Positions 24,300-37,494 of a stretch of 64,000 nucleotides of DNA are shown here, in pieces; position 1 is the first letter of the stretch; the number at the start of each line of letters is the position of its first letter. The notes under the pieces were generated by a model, which was not told where the DNA came from, searched no databases, and saw only the letters and a program-made list of their open reading frames with translations. This DNA is from Eledone cirrhosa (taxonomy: Eukaryota). The stretch spans positions 161,510,001 through 161,574,000 of the forward strand of contig OZ024740.1 of NCBI GenBank assembly GCA_964016885.1. The letters run 5' to 3'. Made by a program: the position numbers and the translations under genes.

Positions 24300-26406
24300 A
24301 TAATAATAAATTTGAAGACTAAATTCCAAAGAGGGCTCGATAAGGATAAATATATATCAAATATATAAGAACCGTAGAGCAAATATTTATTAAAATAACA
24401 GATTAAAGTTTAAGCAAAGAATCGCTGCTTTCACCCTTAACGGGATCTTCTGAAACTAACAAAGTCAATCTGTGAACGCAGAAGTGAATATTTCAAAAAA
24501 CGTTGCAACCGGAGGAAGACAGGAAGACGATACTTTGGTTCGTCGAAACGTTCCTTGGCAAAGAACGGGAAAAAACGAATATAACACGTCATTATTTGGA
24601 GCGTTGAAAAACAATTACACGCAAAGACAAAACCACGTTTATGGTATAAAAGAAGTCGTAGACTAATATTCTATTAGGTGGTTCATAGAGACGTTCTCTG
24701 GCAATGAACGGAAAAAAAGAAGATAAAACGTCATATGTGGAGCGGGGAGAACAATTGCACACAAAGACAAAACTACGTAAATGGTATAACTAAAGTCGTA
24801 GACTAAAATTCTAACTAAGAAACTGAATGATTCTCGGTTTCAGAGTTAAGAATAAAGTAAATAAAATACAGAGGTAAATGAAATTAAATAAATACATACA
24901 CACGCATCTATATACATACATACACAAGCATACGCGAAAAGACTCGCCATATGTAAACAAATACACCCACGTACACACAAAAAACACCCCCCGCACGCAC
25001 ATACAGAACCCGCATGCGAATGTATACACCAAATACACATAAAAATATATCTAAAAAAAATATATATACAGATATGTGTGTGTGTGTGCGTGTATACATA
25101 TAATCAAATAAACGTATATAAATAAATAAATACGTATATAACAAGCGCACACACAAACCTACATGTAAATACACTTATGTTCGGAGACGTACGTCAACCA
25201 AAACACAGAGTACACATATACACACACCCTACATACGTACGAACCCGCATACTCACACAGACGCAAAACTCACGTATACATATAACCAAAAGCATATGTA
25301 CCAGAAAAAATAATATATACGCCATAACATATACAATCAAATATACGTACGAGAAAGTATACGTACCTTCACAAAATATACAGGTAATATATACTTACCT
25401 ATACAAATAAGTAATGGTATAAACATAACATATACTTAGCTACCACATCAAGACGTAAAATATCCGCGTATTGTTCGTACTATCCGTTAGGGTATAATGT
25501 GGGGCTGTAATACAGGAAAGTTTTGTGCAATTTATGTTTACAAGCCGAAATTGCCTCAGATTTTTTGTTTAAGATGTGGTCTTTGGCGTAGAGTATTTCC
25601 AGGGCCTCAGCGGCGCAGAGGTCACATGGTCTTTTATTTCCGTTATACGATCTAGCCCTAGCTAGGATCTCCCAGTGTAACTTATATTGGGTCTGGTTGT
25701 CTTTTAGACTCCAGATATAAGCTGAAAGTGACGTCATATTCCTTCTTAAAGGATAACGAAAAGAATGGGTATGCATGTAAAGACGCCTCTTGAATCTATT
25801 GGCGTTTAACCCTATGTAGGCCCTACGGGACGTGGGTGTTTCAACCTTACATTTGTAGACAATACTACTAGAGAGGCATTTCCCGGATAGGGGGCAGTTA
25901 ACCCGATTCCTACAATTACAGTTAGTACTAACTACAGGGTTGCACGTGTTCCTACGGCTAGGTAGTTTAGCTAAATTTGAAGCTGTGGTGTTATGTGCAA
26001 GGTTAGGAGTCATAGAGTAAGAAATTTTGATAGTATTTCTATTAAAAATGTTACTATGTTTATGTGTAGGGGGAAAATGCTTCATAATAAGGGAGAGAAA
26101 GATCTTAGCTAATGGTGTGGCCACCTCCATATTATATGGTGGGTTATACCATATAATGCGTCGGGATCTATTTCTTCTAGATCTATTCTCGTACGCTATT
26201 CTATATGCTACCTTATCGACAAATCCACTCCGAGCAAGCGCTTCATTGTAATATATGGAATGGTCGTTGAAAATATGCTCGTTAGTAGATAGACGGGAAA
26301 GCCTCAAAGATACGTTACTTACCAGGTTCTTGGTTATGCTGGCAGGATGGTTAGAATGCTTACTTATGTGTTTCCGGAAAGACGAGGCGCTGGTGTTGAT
26401 GTGCAC
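24300..26406 (-). mobile_element. 3' part of a PLE (probably Hydra clade): thumb, CxCx5C linker, GIY-YIG and long 3' UTR
   Basis: ORF 25480-26406: SNHP, IIWYNPPY, IFNRNTIKISYS, CNCRNRVNCPLSGKC, IVYKC, YIGLNANRFKRR, CDLC; HHR-like motif at 24407-24457. Confidence 0.85.
24407..24457 (-). ncRNA. HHR-like motif with U4A core (CAGAAGA); related copy at 33171-33221 on plus
   Basis: Reverse complement reads AGTTT-CAGAAGA-T CCC GTTAA GGG T-GAAA-GCA...TGC-TT-AAACT. Confidence 0.55.
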
Positions 26407-26502
26407 CTTGATCCGGACATGTAGTGACCGGATGGTGCAATCGATGTAGAAGTCGTTACACTTGTGACATATTCTACCTTGTATACGACGTATATATATA
26501 TT

Positions 26503-26533
<31 letters not shown>

Positions 26534-26564
26534 AGATCAAAAGATGGTTAAAAGAGTTCCAAGT

Positions 26565-26633
26565 ATTTTATTATGCGCATTTCAAAAACAAATATCATCA
26601 TGGGATGATATTTGCGTTCTCATCAGATAAAAT
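26565..26633 (-). ncRNA. Type I hammerhead ribozyme with palindromic stem III
   Basis: Reverse complement reads ATTTTAT-CTGATGA-GAACGCAAATATCATC CCAT GATGATATTTGTTTTT-GAAA-TGCGCA-TA-ATAAAAT. Confidence 0.88.
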
Positions 26634-27057
26634 GGTATGAAGTTTAAAAAACACTTGTGAGCAGTGAAGTTTTAAATCAACATATGAAAAATAAAATGAG
26701 ATGGATATATGAGATTGGGAAGAAAAGGAGGGGGTAGGAAATGGTAAGGAAGAGGAAGAAAGAAAATAAAGGATGAAGTGGGAGGAGTATAAGAAGGAAG
26801 GATGAGAGAGGAGGAGAAATGAGTGATAGAGAGAGAGAAATAGCCTTTACAACTGAGAAAAACATTGACTCACAAAGAGAAATTTAAAAAATCGTTGGAA
26901 GATAATAGATAATTTTAAAAGATTTTGAAATTAAGAGTTAATGAGGTTTATTGATGTTGATGTTTATGATTAAAGAAAAAGGAATTAAGAATAGAATTAA
27001 AGGTTTATATATTGAAGGGTTTAATAATATGTGCGAAAAAAATTATTAATATGTATT

Positions 27058-27241
27058 ATTTGGCAGTATCGGTAGAGGGTCGGACGCCATGCTTTGATGC
27101 ATAGAGTTACGGCCCTTGCTATTCTGAGTTCAAATCCCGCCGAGGTTAACTTTGCCTTTCATCCTTACGGGGTCGATAAAATAAAGTACCAGTAATGTAC
27201 TGGGTAATTTCTGGCCTTGTGCCAATAGTAGAAACAATTAT
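27058..27241 (+). mobile_element. tRNA-derived SINE, family A, nested in the PLE 3' UTR
   Basis: TGGCAGTATCGGTAGAG A-box region, GAGTTCAAATCC B-box and family core. Confidence 0.82.
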
Positions 27242-29670
27242 TAAAATAAAAATATTAATAATATTAAGGATATAATGTGAGAGAAGGAGAAGAATAAATG
27301 AATTATCAACTTAGAGGAATTAGTTAGGGTTTAAGTTTGTTTTTATGTATTGTAATATGTAAAAGTAAATAATAGGTTTAAAACGAGTACGGAAGGAGAG
27401 AAGAAAAAAGAAAATTTAAGGAAGAAGATATCTAACGTCAAAAAGTATATATGCTTACAAAAATGTTCTAATGGTAATATTATTATGTATTAAAAAATAT
27501 AGTTTATATGGCCAATAATATGAGGAAAATGGAAAAATGGAAAAATGGAAAATGCTGTAGTGAGTAATAATATGAATTGAGAAGTAATTGGGAAATAAAA
27601 GTTACAGATTAAAGATTAGAAATTAAAAACGAAAAAAAGAAAGAAAAGAAAGGAAAAAGGGTAAAAGAAGAAAAAGATATGGGACCTCTAACGATATAGA
27701 AGGAGTAAATTGTATAATATAATATACTGAAATAAGGTAGAAAGGCGGGTATATTTGTAATAGATATAAAAGCCTTTGAGAAAAAAAATTTTAAACTAAT
27801 TATGTATTGAAATTTTAGCTGTATACTTTATGGAAGGTTCTATGGGATTTATGCAAGCAGAGCGAGAATAAATCCGTACGTCTACTTATTATAGAATTAA
27901 AATTAGATATAATGGTAAATTTCTCGGCTAGGCAGAGATTACATGTTCTGGATAGGGAAGAATTCAGGTAAGGAAAGGCCTAGCAAACTTTCCTCCAAGA
28001 TATGTTATAGTTAATATTTTTGTCTTTTAAGGATCATATGGGTTCCGAGAGTGCCGTGTTAGTTCTTTTGAGTTGGTATTTAAAAGACGATTTGTGATTA
28101 TAAAATCTTGCTTTAAAAGAAGTGGAAGTGGAACCGAAATAGGTAAAAGAATTAGTACCAGTTATAACATTACATTCATACACTAAGTTTTTATCAAGAC
28201 ATTGGTTATTAAGAGGACATTTAGTTCTAACAGGGCAATTACAATTAGTATTAGAGAAATTAACAGAGTTAGTAGCAAGTGACCTAGTATTATTTATAGA
28301 AGGAATTGGATTGGAGAAGTTATTTACGATAGGAATTATTATTTCCTGATTTAGATTGGTATTATGAACATTCAACGAAGTTACGTTTGACGTATTTAAA
28401 TTTACTGAATCTAGCCTAGAGTTAACAATGACGTCGGGTATACTACTGCTATTATTATGACGCTCGGTGTTGGATGGATGTAATTTATTGTTTAATATTT
28501 TATTATTGTGTTTAGAGATAATGTTAGAGATGTTGGAAGTGGTGGAATACGAAAATTTGATTGTATATTTGTTAAAGATTTTACTATAGATATGCGAGGG
28601 AGGGAAGCATTTATCTAAGGCCCTAAAGAATAGTTTAGGCATATTATTAGTTATAGAAAGAGAAAAAGGAGCATTATACCAAATCATATTTTTGTATCTA
28701 GGTCTTTTATTTAATTTATTGGTTATGTTCATAATTAACGTTTTACTATAATTCCTTCGATGATTGGTTTCTTTACTGTATTTCATCAGGATAACCAGCT
28801 TTGGAAAGCGCATTATTATAGTAATTGGCATTAGCGTCGAAGATAACTTTATTAGAGGATAGATTTGAGATTCTTTTTCAATATTACTGACTATAGCATT
28901 TTAAACATTAGTGGGGTGGTTAGATTTAAAGTTAACATAATTTAGATTTTCATTGTTTTTATGGTAAGGGTAATATAGGCCAGTGCCAAGATTAAGGGAT
29001 ATAACCAAGAAGATAGCTAGTTTGACGTTGTTATCAAATTCAATTTTACGGTTATGGTGCTTAAATAGATCAAGTATATTGTTCTTAATAATATTAAGGT
29101 TAACTAAGTTACAGTTTAAAACAGTAAGAAGGGCATCGTCACGATAAATTCCACCGCGAAGTTGAGGAATTTTCCGATTTAACGAATTCAAAATAAAGAT
29201 ACCAATCAAGTCCGTCAATTGCGATGAATCGGAAGCACCCATTGTGATATCAAAGTTGTTGGAAGTATCAGCTCTAGTCCAATATTCATTGTTGAATTCC
29301 AAGATGGTTTTTTCTTGCGGTAAGAATAATGTAAAGTTCATATGTGGTAATGTCAGAATATTTAAATGCGAAAGATAGAGCGTTGTTGAGGAGTGAAGGT
29401 GCAATAGAAGAATAGTAACTGTCAATGTCAAACTGAATAAATTTTTGTTTGTTTTTGTTATTCAGGTTATTGAACCAGCCAATTACATCAGATGTACCAA
29501 TCCATAAATTTAAGTTAGAAATAGAGCAATTAGAACGAACCTGGAATACTTGGAACTCTTTTAACCATCTTTTGATCTTATATTATTTATACTCCAGTCC
29601 TATAAACTGTGGAGTGCTACTTATCCGATGTTTGCATTGCTTTATTATTGCTACAATAAAACTCACCTCC

Positions 29671-29764
<94 letters not shown>

Positions 29765-29834
29765 CAGAATATAGGAGCACAAGGAGAAAATTCTCTTGTA
29801 CATCGAGTGGTGTCCTATATATAAATATATACTA

Positions 29835-30160
29835 GATGAATGGTCGTGGTTTAGTGATTCGAGAATTTCACAATCGTGAGGTTGCGAGTTCGATTCCTGA
29901 ACCGGCAAATGTATTGTGTCCTTGAACATGATATTTCCTGTTGCTTAGTCCACTCGGCTGTACAAATGAGATGTAATGTCACTGGTGTCAAGCCGTAACG
30001 ATTTTGCTTTTCCCTTGGACAACATTGATGGCGTGCAAAAGGAAGAATGATATGCATGAGCGACTACAGGTCTTCCACAAACAACTTTGCCTGGACTTGT
30101 GCCTCGGAGGAGAACTTTCTAGGTGCAAGTTCCATAGTCAGTAGTGAACGAAGGGATCAT
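29835..30160 (+). mobile_element. tRNA-derived SINE, family B (V/CORE-like central motif)
   Basis: TGGTTTAGTG A-box, GAGTTCGATTCC B-box, GTGTCCTTGAACATGATATTT motif; similar to 44101. Confidence 0.65.
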
Positions 30161-30314
30161 TTTTATACTGGATATTTTACGCATCGTTTGTTAATGATGT
30201 CTATATCTACAAATACATGAATACAAAGTTATCGTCGACGTGATTTGAATTCAGAACGCTGAAACCCAGAACATATATGTCTAACAACTCGAATAACCAC
30301 CGTATTAGTGAAAC

Positions 30315-30396
<82 letters not shown>

Positions 30397-30400
<4 letters not shown>

Positions 30401-30830
30401 GTCGTTTGAACTGCTGCTATTTCTAGTAGCAGGACATTGACCTGTCCGCCCTGCCTTTTTTCTTTACACACGGCACTAAGCAAAATTGTTTCTTTCCTCA
30501 TTCACTCTCATTCTGGAACAGTTGTGTATGGCGCCAGTTTGTGATTTGAACTCGCGAATTTTATATTCTCCGAGCGAGAAAAGCCTTCTGACGAAACTCC
30601 CTTTCTCAATGGAAATCCGCTTGGATTATCTGTTTATTTGGGGATTTGAAACCGCGCGGTAAAGGCACATATAGTAAGTACAGTGAACTTTTAAAAATTT
30701 ATTTTAAAACTTTTTCTCTATTTGCTAAACCTTGATATTATATGTTCTGGCTTGTTAATTTATTAACCTGCCATAGAACCACATTGGCCAATACTTATAT
30801 CCCTATATGTATTTTTTTTACACGTAGGAA
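30397..30830 (+). mobile_element. Diverged monomer of the 486-bp HHR repeat family, in (TA)n
   Basis: Collinear with the reverse complement of 36841-37285; contains an intact HHR. Confidence 0.8.
30583..30666 (+). ncRNA. Type I hammerhead ribozyme with long stem II and palindromic stem III
   Basis: GCCTT-CTGACGA-AACTCCC...GGGATTT-GAAA-CCGCGCGG-TA-AAGGC. Confidence 0.87.
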
Positions 30831-30839
30831 CTCATACTT

Positions 30840-30897
<58 letters not shown>

Positions 30898-30899
<2 letters not shown>

Positions 30900-31065
30900 G
30901 GAAAAGAGTCAGGACCCCGAACGTTCGGATCAAGCTGTCGAAACGGCCGGAGCTCAGCCGTCAGAGTCATGTCTCTTTTCCCTAATACCCACTATACTAC
31001 CCTAAGTATCGAGTACTCTGGTGCGTTATGGTCCACCTGGTATCTTACCACACCTCCTTTATTGT
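30898..31065 (+). mobile_element. Diverged family F pLTR fragment
   Basis: GTC-GAAA-CGGC..GCCG-TC followed by the reverse complement of the family F tail (TACCCACT...GGTGCGTTATGGTCCACCTGG). Confidence 0.6.
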
Positions 31066-31813
31066 TATATATATATATATGAGGGGTGCGCATGTGTTTG
31101 AGTGCATAATTGTGTGTGATTCGTTTGTATATGCGGAAGAAATGAGGAAGGCACTTACAGCTTATCTGTACCCAGACATTGTCTTCACTGGTTAAATTAA
31201 CGTTAACATATTTAATGTAATAACTGACATAACTATTGTTTTCCATGGATATAGAATTTCTGAATTATTTATGCTCTAAATAATTCTATTTTGCAACAAG
31301 AGCCAGTATACTATATTCACTTCCTGATTATTTCATGAATATTTCAACATGAGCATGAAATCTATGAATTCCCTAATGAGGTCAGAATATGAGTGAAATT
31401 GTTCGAAGTAGTCTACCGTACTTCTGAGAAATATTAAAACATTAGCCATTGAATAACACTGGTTTAATTGTTCGTTGCTTCAGTTATTCCTAGTGAGATA
31501 TATATTAAATATGTTAACACTAACTTAACCGTTTTTTCCCCAATAAATGACCTCTCTCACATCATCTATTCTCTAACCAGTTGAGAAGTTCTATTCGTAA
31601 TCATGAGATCTTAGGTTCAAACCCACTGTGTGGCATCTTGGGCAAATGTCATTACTATAGACCAGAGGTTCTCAAACTTTTGGGGCCACCGGCCCCTTAT
31701 AGCCACGTAATACCCTCAGCGCCCAACCAACCCTATTTCCCCAGAGACCTGCCTACACGAAAGTTGTAAATAATATATAATAAATAAAATCGTTAATTTC
31801 TATATAATAAATA

Positions 31814-32000
31814 ATTGTTTCTACTTTAGGCACAAGGCCAGCAATTACCCAGTGCATTACTGGTACTTTATTTTATCGACCCCGTACGGATGAAAGGCAA
31901 AGTCAACCTCGGCGGGATTTGAACTCAGATCGTAAAGGGACGTAACTATGCTGCAAAGCATGGCGTTCGACCCTCTACTGATACTGCCAATCCACCGCCC
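31814..32000 (-). mobile_element. tRNA-derived SINE, family A
   Basis: Reverse complement of the family A head and core. Confidence 0.8.
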
Positions 32001-32052
32001 TATATAATAAATAATGGTTTCTGATTTAAGCACAAGGCCAAAATAAATAATA

Positions 32053-32104
32053 TCTATATATATAAAACTGAAGAAGTCTGTCTGTCTGTGTGTGCGCGCG
32101 TGTG

Positions 32105-32184
<80 letters not shown>

Positions 32185-33076
32185 TGAGTTTGAATCCCTA
32201 AAACTCGAGAAGTACCCAACCGATTTTTTTCAAACTTTACATGTGTATTGTTTATGTTTCAGGGCCCGCATTAGGTGAAAGACTGCGTTTTTTAAGATGT
32301 TTAGTTTTTTTTTAGGCGTTACGTCAGGCTGATTTCCTTGAAATTGTAACTATGTATTAGTCAGTCTCTTCTTCATACCGTGAGTAAAGAAAATCCAACT
32401 TTTTTATGGCCTAGGTCCCGCATTAGGTGAAAAACTTTATTTTTTTCAGTTGTTTAGGGCTTTTTTGAGGCGTTACGTCTCGCCGATTTTCCCGAAATTT
32501 CAAGGCATATTAGGCACATAAAAAAAATTCATTTTCTTGATCCCCTAGAGTCCGCATTAGGTGAAAACCTGCATTTTTCCTGCTTCATCGAGGGAAATCT
32601 TAAAGATTATCTAGCCATCAGAGTATTCGGTATTTTCTTTACATATTGTCCAGTCATGCAGTTTTCCACGATTAGGTCTGTTGGCGGCCTGCGTTCCAAA
32701 ATACCTTATCCCGTGCAACGCCGGGTACTACTGCTAGTAATCTATATATCTAAAGCAGAGAATGTCTTTCTGTCTGTCAGATCACTAAAACTCGAGAACC
32801 ACCGATTGTTTTCAAACTTTACACGTGTAATACTTATGGTCCTGTGAGTATTTCGAGAAGAAAAGAAATTCAAATTTCCAATGCCCTAGGGACCGCATTA
32901 GGCGATTTAACGATCTCTCTCTATAATCCTTAGTCTTTCTCTTTTTAGATACATACATAGATATAACGTTGCGCCCTTATAATATCTGTCTGTATGTCTG
33001 GCTGTCTGCATTACGACATTATGAATATATATATGTATATATAGTGTGTATATATATATATATATGCATATATATA

Positions 33077-33118
<42 letters not shown>

Positions 33119-33398
33119 TGTGTAACGTTTTTTGAAATATTTACTTCTGCGTTCACATATTGATTTTTTTAGTTTCAGAAGATCCCGTTAAGGGGGAAAG
33201 CAGCGATTCTTTGCTGAAACTTTAATCTGTTATTTTAATATATATATAATTATATATTCGTGTAAACATATTTTTGCATACACAATAACAAAGTATAAAC
33301 AAACGTATTTATTTCACGAGAATTGATAAGGATTAATATATATCAAATATATAATAACCCTAGAGCAAATCCCTAGCAACGCCGGGCCATTCTGCTAG
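32053..33398 (+). mobile_element. Two head-to-tail non-autonomous Helitron-like units (32053-32737 and 32741-33398)
   Basis: 5' TCTATATATA start, (TCTG)/(TG)n, 3' hairpin CCCGTGCAACGCCGGG then CTAG, inserted between A and T; homologous to 51091-51935 and 40318-40902. Confidence 0.78.
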
Positions 33399-34322
33399 TA
33401 TATACTATGTATACATAAATATTATATATTTTACTATATCTATATATAATATATATCATTTGATATTTAATATACTATTATATCATCCCTACCACTCCTC
33501 CACCGCCCCCTTAAGCCCCAGCGCTCTCTGGACCTTCACAACGCCCGGGGGCGGGGGCAATAGCACCCACTTTGAGAACCTCTGCTATAGACCCAAGCGA
33601 TGTGAGTGAAATTGGTAAGACGGAAATTGTTGGAAACTCGTTAGATGGATTGTACCTGTAAATAATAAGTCTAGCCTTAACACAAACAGGTCCACGTATC
33701 TGTGGGATATTCAGCAACATGCATGCTAATTTAACGTGTCGGACGTTCAGTTGCTCGAGAAACTGGGTATTCTTCGTCAAAACCGATTGAGGGTCCATCA
33801 ATTGTGCATAAAACATCCTGTTTCGCTTTTCTCTATTTATACTTTTCTTTTTCACGTTTTCTTTTATTGGATTTTTCTTGTTCTTTTATATTTTTATGTT
33901 TAATCTTTGTTGTACCAAGAGTCTTACAGACACCTGGAAAATGGCATCGTTTTCTTTGTTTACTTATTTATTAAATGTACTTATTTATGTATCCAACCAT
34001 TAAATTTCACTGCCGCATTATGGCACCAACACCTTATTCCACTCTTCAAACGATCTGTTAAGAACAGAATCAAAAACAAAAAAATTTACAATCGACCATT
34101 AAGCAATATTAAGCTGTATACAATGTGTCAAAATGGAGAACATTGCTACAGAATATACATATTTACTATGAACAACATCAATTCTTTCTTCTTAATAATG
34201 TCTGCATGAAATGCTTTATCTTTATCAGTCTCTGACTATAAATATCTGTATATCTATCTTGCAAGCTAGCTTATTTAATTATCAATCGTTATATACGTCT
34301 GTGAGTATATATGTATAAATAA

Positions 34323-34452
<130 letters not shown>

Positions 34453-34547
34453 GAATAGAATGAAATGAAATTTCATTTCTCACTCTTAGTACGGCACTTA
34501 TACATCCATACTTACATTTATATATATATATATATACATTATGTGTG

Positions 34548-34591
<44 letters not shown>

Positions 34592-34956
34592 CGGCGTGAA
34601 CATATGCGCTAATATGTGTCTAATAATATATACACCAATTTATCAAACAATCTCTTTATCAAACTCAATAGCTCTTTAGTTATTCAATCTCACCCCGAAC
34701 ATCGACCCCCATATTACATCTATCCTCCTTGCTATATAGTCTGTTATCTACCAAATCTCCTTCCCTCTTTCATTCATCTCTATTACTTTGTATTTCTCTT
34801 TCTTTTATATTATATATGTGTCTGCGTGTGTGTATGTGTGTGTGCGTCTGCGTGTGTGTATGTGTGTGTGAGTGTGTAAGTGTATGAGTGTTTGTGTAGG
34901 TATGTGAGCACACCGGTGTGTGCATATAAGTGTGTGGGTTAGTGTATATATATATG

Positions 34957-35100
<144 letters not shown>

Positions 35101-35354
35101 CATATATATATATATATATGTGTGTGTGTAAACATATATATATAAATATATATATATATACATAAAGATAGAGAGAAAAAGAGCTAGAGAAAGAGAGATG
35201 AGATAGCGGCAGATAGATATACAGAAAGCTATAGTAAGGGATCTAATCAATGTAGGCGTTTGCGTAGATATGTGTATATATGGGTGTCTATGTTTATGCT
35301 ATATATATACACACGTACATAAACATATATACACACACACACATACACACACAG

Positions 35355-35403
<49 letters not shown>

Positions 35404-35408
35404 CATAC

Positions 35409-35479
<71 letters not shown>

Positions 35480-35487
35480 TGTGTATG

Positions 35488-35540
<53 letters not shown>

Positions 35541-35543
35541 ATG

Positions 35544-35611
<68 letters not shown>

Positions 35612-35632
35612 CATACATATATATATATATAC

Positions 35633-35665
<33 letters not shown>

Positions 35666-36114
35666 TATGCATATATTTATATATATATAGAGAGAGAGTG
35701 AGAGTTGCATGTGTATGTTTGTGTCCCACTCACTAACACTCCCTTTTTCCCCCCCTTTCCGTGTGCGTGTATAGATATTGCTTAATCATTTTATAGCTCA
35801 TTAAGGAAACTTTATGGTAAAATTATTCATTTCTAATTATCTTAGCGAGCTTGCAAGACGCAATATTTCATTTCAAGTCATTACTAAGAAAGTATTTTCC
35901 CGCCACCCGCCCACCACCCCCACCTCCCCCACACACACATGTCTATTAATATACATCCTCCCATACACACACATGCATGTGCACACACATATACTCACTA
36001 GCAGCTACGTACACACTTAAACAGACGCTCTAAAAGACAACCACACACACATACATACTAAACACGCCGCTTGCATAATAATTAAATGAGATATGTGTTA
36101 GTGTATTAACACGC

Positions 36115-36201
<87 letters not shown>

Positions 36202-36217
36202 ATGTATGTATATATGT

Positions 36218-36825
36218 GTCAGGTCACCAGTTGGTGCTACTGGTAACATGTATCCCAGTACAACCTGTCTCATGGTCGGGTCGTTGGCGACTAAACTGGC
36301 AACCCCACCAAGGTTTCTTGGTGAGGAGGGTGACTTTGGACATCCTGCATGACTAAAAATAAAACCTGTCAAAGGGCAAAGGAGCTCTTAAGAGTCAATG
36401 GCCATCCAAAATCACCGGGAGAGATGACCCCTTAGCCTTTGTCAAGGCAGAATTCTAGGAGAAGGAAAACTCTGATATAACACCTGCAACCCTGATGGTA
36501 TCCAATGATATTGACTTGTTCTTCTTTTTGGTAAATATCATCTTGGTTAAGAGAGTGGGACTGGCTTTGTGCAGTGCCTTTGCTCACTATAAAAGCTTCA
36601 CGGCACAGGCATTGCTTTATATCTGGAGATCTCTCTGGACTTGTCGTCACATGGTACCATGGGCCCAGCACTGTGTCAATAATTGTCACAAGTGTAGTGT
36701 TTGTACCAGAGTTTTCAAGTCGCTGGCTGGACTAAAAGTCACACTCGTTCAGCGCATCGGTAGGGGTTCTCCTACATGGATATAAAGTAGTGGCCGTACT
36801 CGAAAACGAGTTGGCAGCCACCATA
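36218..36825 (+). mobile_element. Bipartite non-autonomous RTE derivative (5' UTR, last C2H2 finger remnant, RTE 3' end)
   Basis: CCCCTTAGCCTTTGTCAAGGCAGAATTCTAGGAGAAGG resembles the RTE 5' UTR; encodes CSVCTRVFKSLAGLK; ends GGCCGTACTCGAAAACGAGTTGGCAGCCACC then (AT)n. Confidence 0.75.
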
Positions 36826-37008
36826 TATATATATACATATCCCTACACGCAAACACGAATAGGGACACATGTATTATCCAACCATATGCCAATGTGGTTC
36901 AATGGCAGGTTAATAAATTAACGAGCCAGAACATATATAATCAAGGTTTAGCAAATAAGAAAAAGTTTCAAAATAAATTTCAAAAAATTCACTGTACTTA
37001 CTATGGTT

Positions 37009-37095
37009 ACCTTTACCGAATCGGTTTCGAGTCTCAAAGATAAATGGATAGTCCTTGCGGGATTCCATTGAAAAGGTAAACTCTCGTCAGAAGGT
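37009..37095 (-). ncRNA. Type I hammerhead ribozyme, unit 1
   Basis: Reverse complement reads ACCTT-CTGACGA-GAGT...ACTC-GAAA-CCG ATT CGG-TA-AAGGT. Confidence 0.9.
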
Positions 37096-37494
37096 TCTTT
37101 TCACTGGAAGAATATAAAATTCCCGAGTTCAAATTACGAACTGGCGCTATTCAAAATTGTTCCCGAGATGAGAATGAATGATGTGGAAGCAATTCTGTCC
37201 AGTGCCGTGTGCGAAGATAGAAGGCAAAGGCAGGGAAGTCAATCTACTACCACTATAAATAGCAGTAGTCAAAACGACCAAATTTCATCTCGACCAGGGG
37301 GAGATTAATAATAATAAAGTATATATCCCTACACGCAAAAACGAATAGGGACACATGTATTATCCAACCATATGCCAGTGTGGTTCGATGGTAGGTTAAT
37401 AAATTAACGAGCCAGAACATATATAATCAAGGTTTAGCAAATAAGAAAAAGTTTCAAAATAAATTTTAAAAGATTCACTGTACTTACTATGGTT

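Larger units (their letters stand above)
26530..29320 (-). mobile_element. Decayed PLE (probably Hydra clade): RT through GIY-YIG, AT-rich 3' UTR ending in an HHR
   Basis: FDITMGASDSSQLTDLIG, GIYRDDAL, SNHP, MIWYNAPF, CNCPVRTKCPLNNQC, YFGSTSTSFKARFYNHKSSF (ORFs 28901-29431 and 28034-28831). Confidence 0.85.
31663..33584. mobile_element. Non-autonomous hAT (Charlie-like) element with 14-bp TIRs and 8-bp TSD, inserted in a SINE and carrying nested elements
   Basis: TIRs CAGAGGTTCTCAAA (31663-31676) and TTTGAGAACCTCTG (33571-33584); CTATAGAC duplicated at 31655-31662 and 33585-33592. Confidence 0.9.

Noticed and set aside
31190-31530. Imperfect terminal inverted repeats suggesting a MITE
   Set aside because: AT-rich and imperfect, no clear TSD, single copy in the window.
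36220-36340. Possible HDV-like ribozyme at the RTE-type 5' end
   Set aside because: RTE 5' UTRs can carry HDV-like ribozymes and some pairings exist (CCAGT/ACTGG, GGTCACC/GGTGACT), but I could not build the nested double pseudoknot in the right order; it needs a descriptor search.
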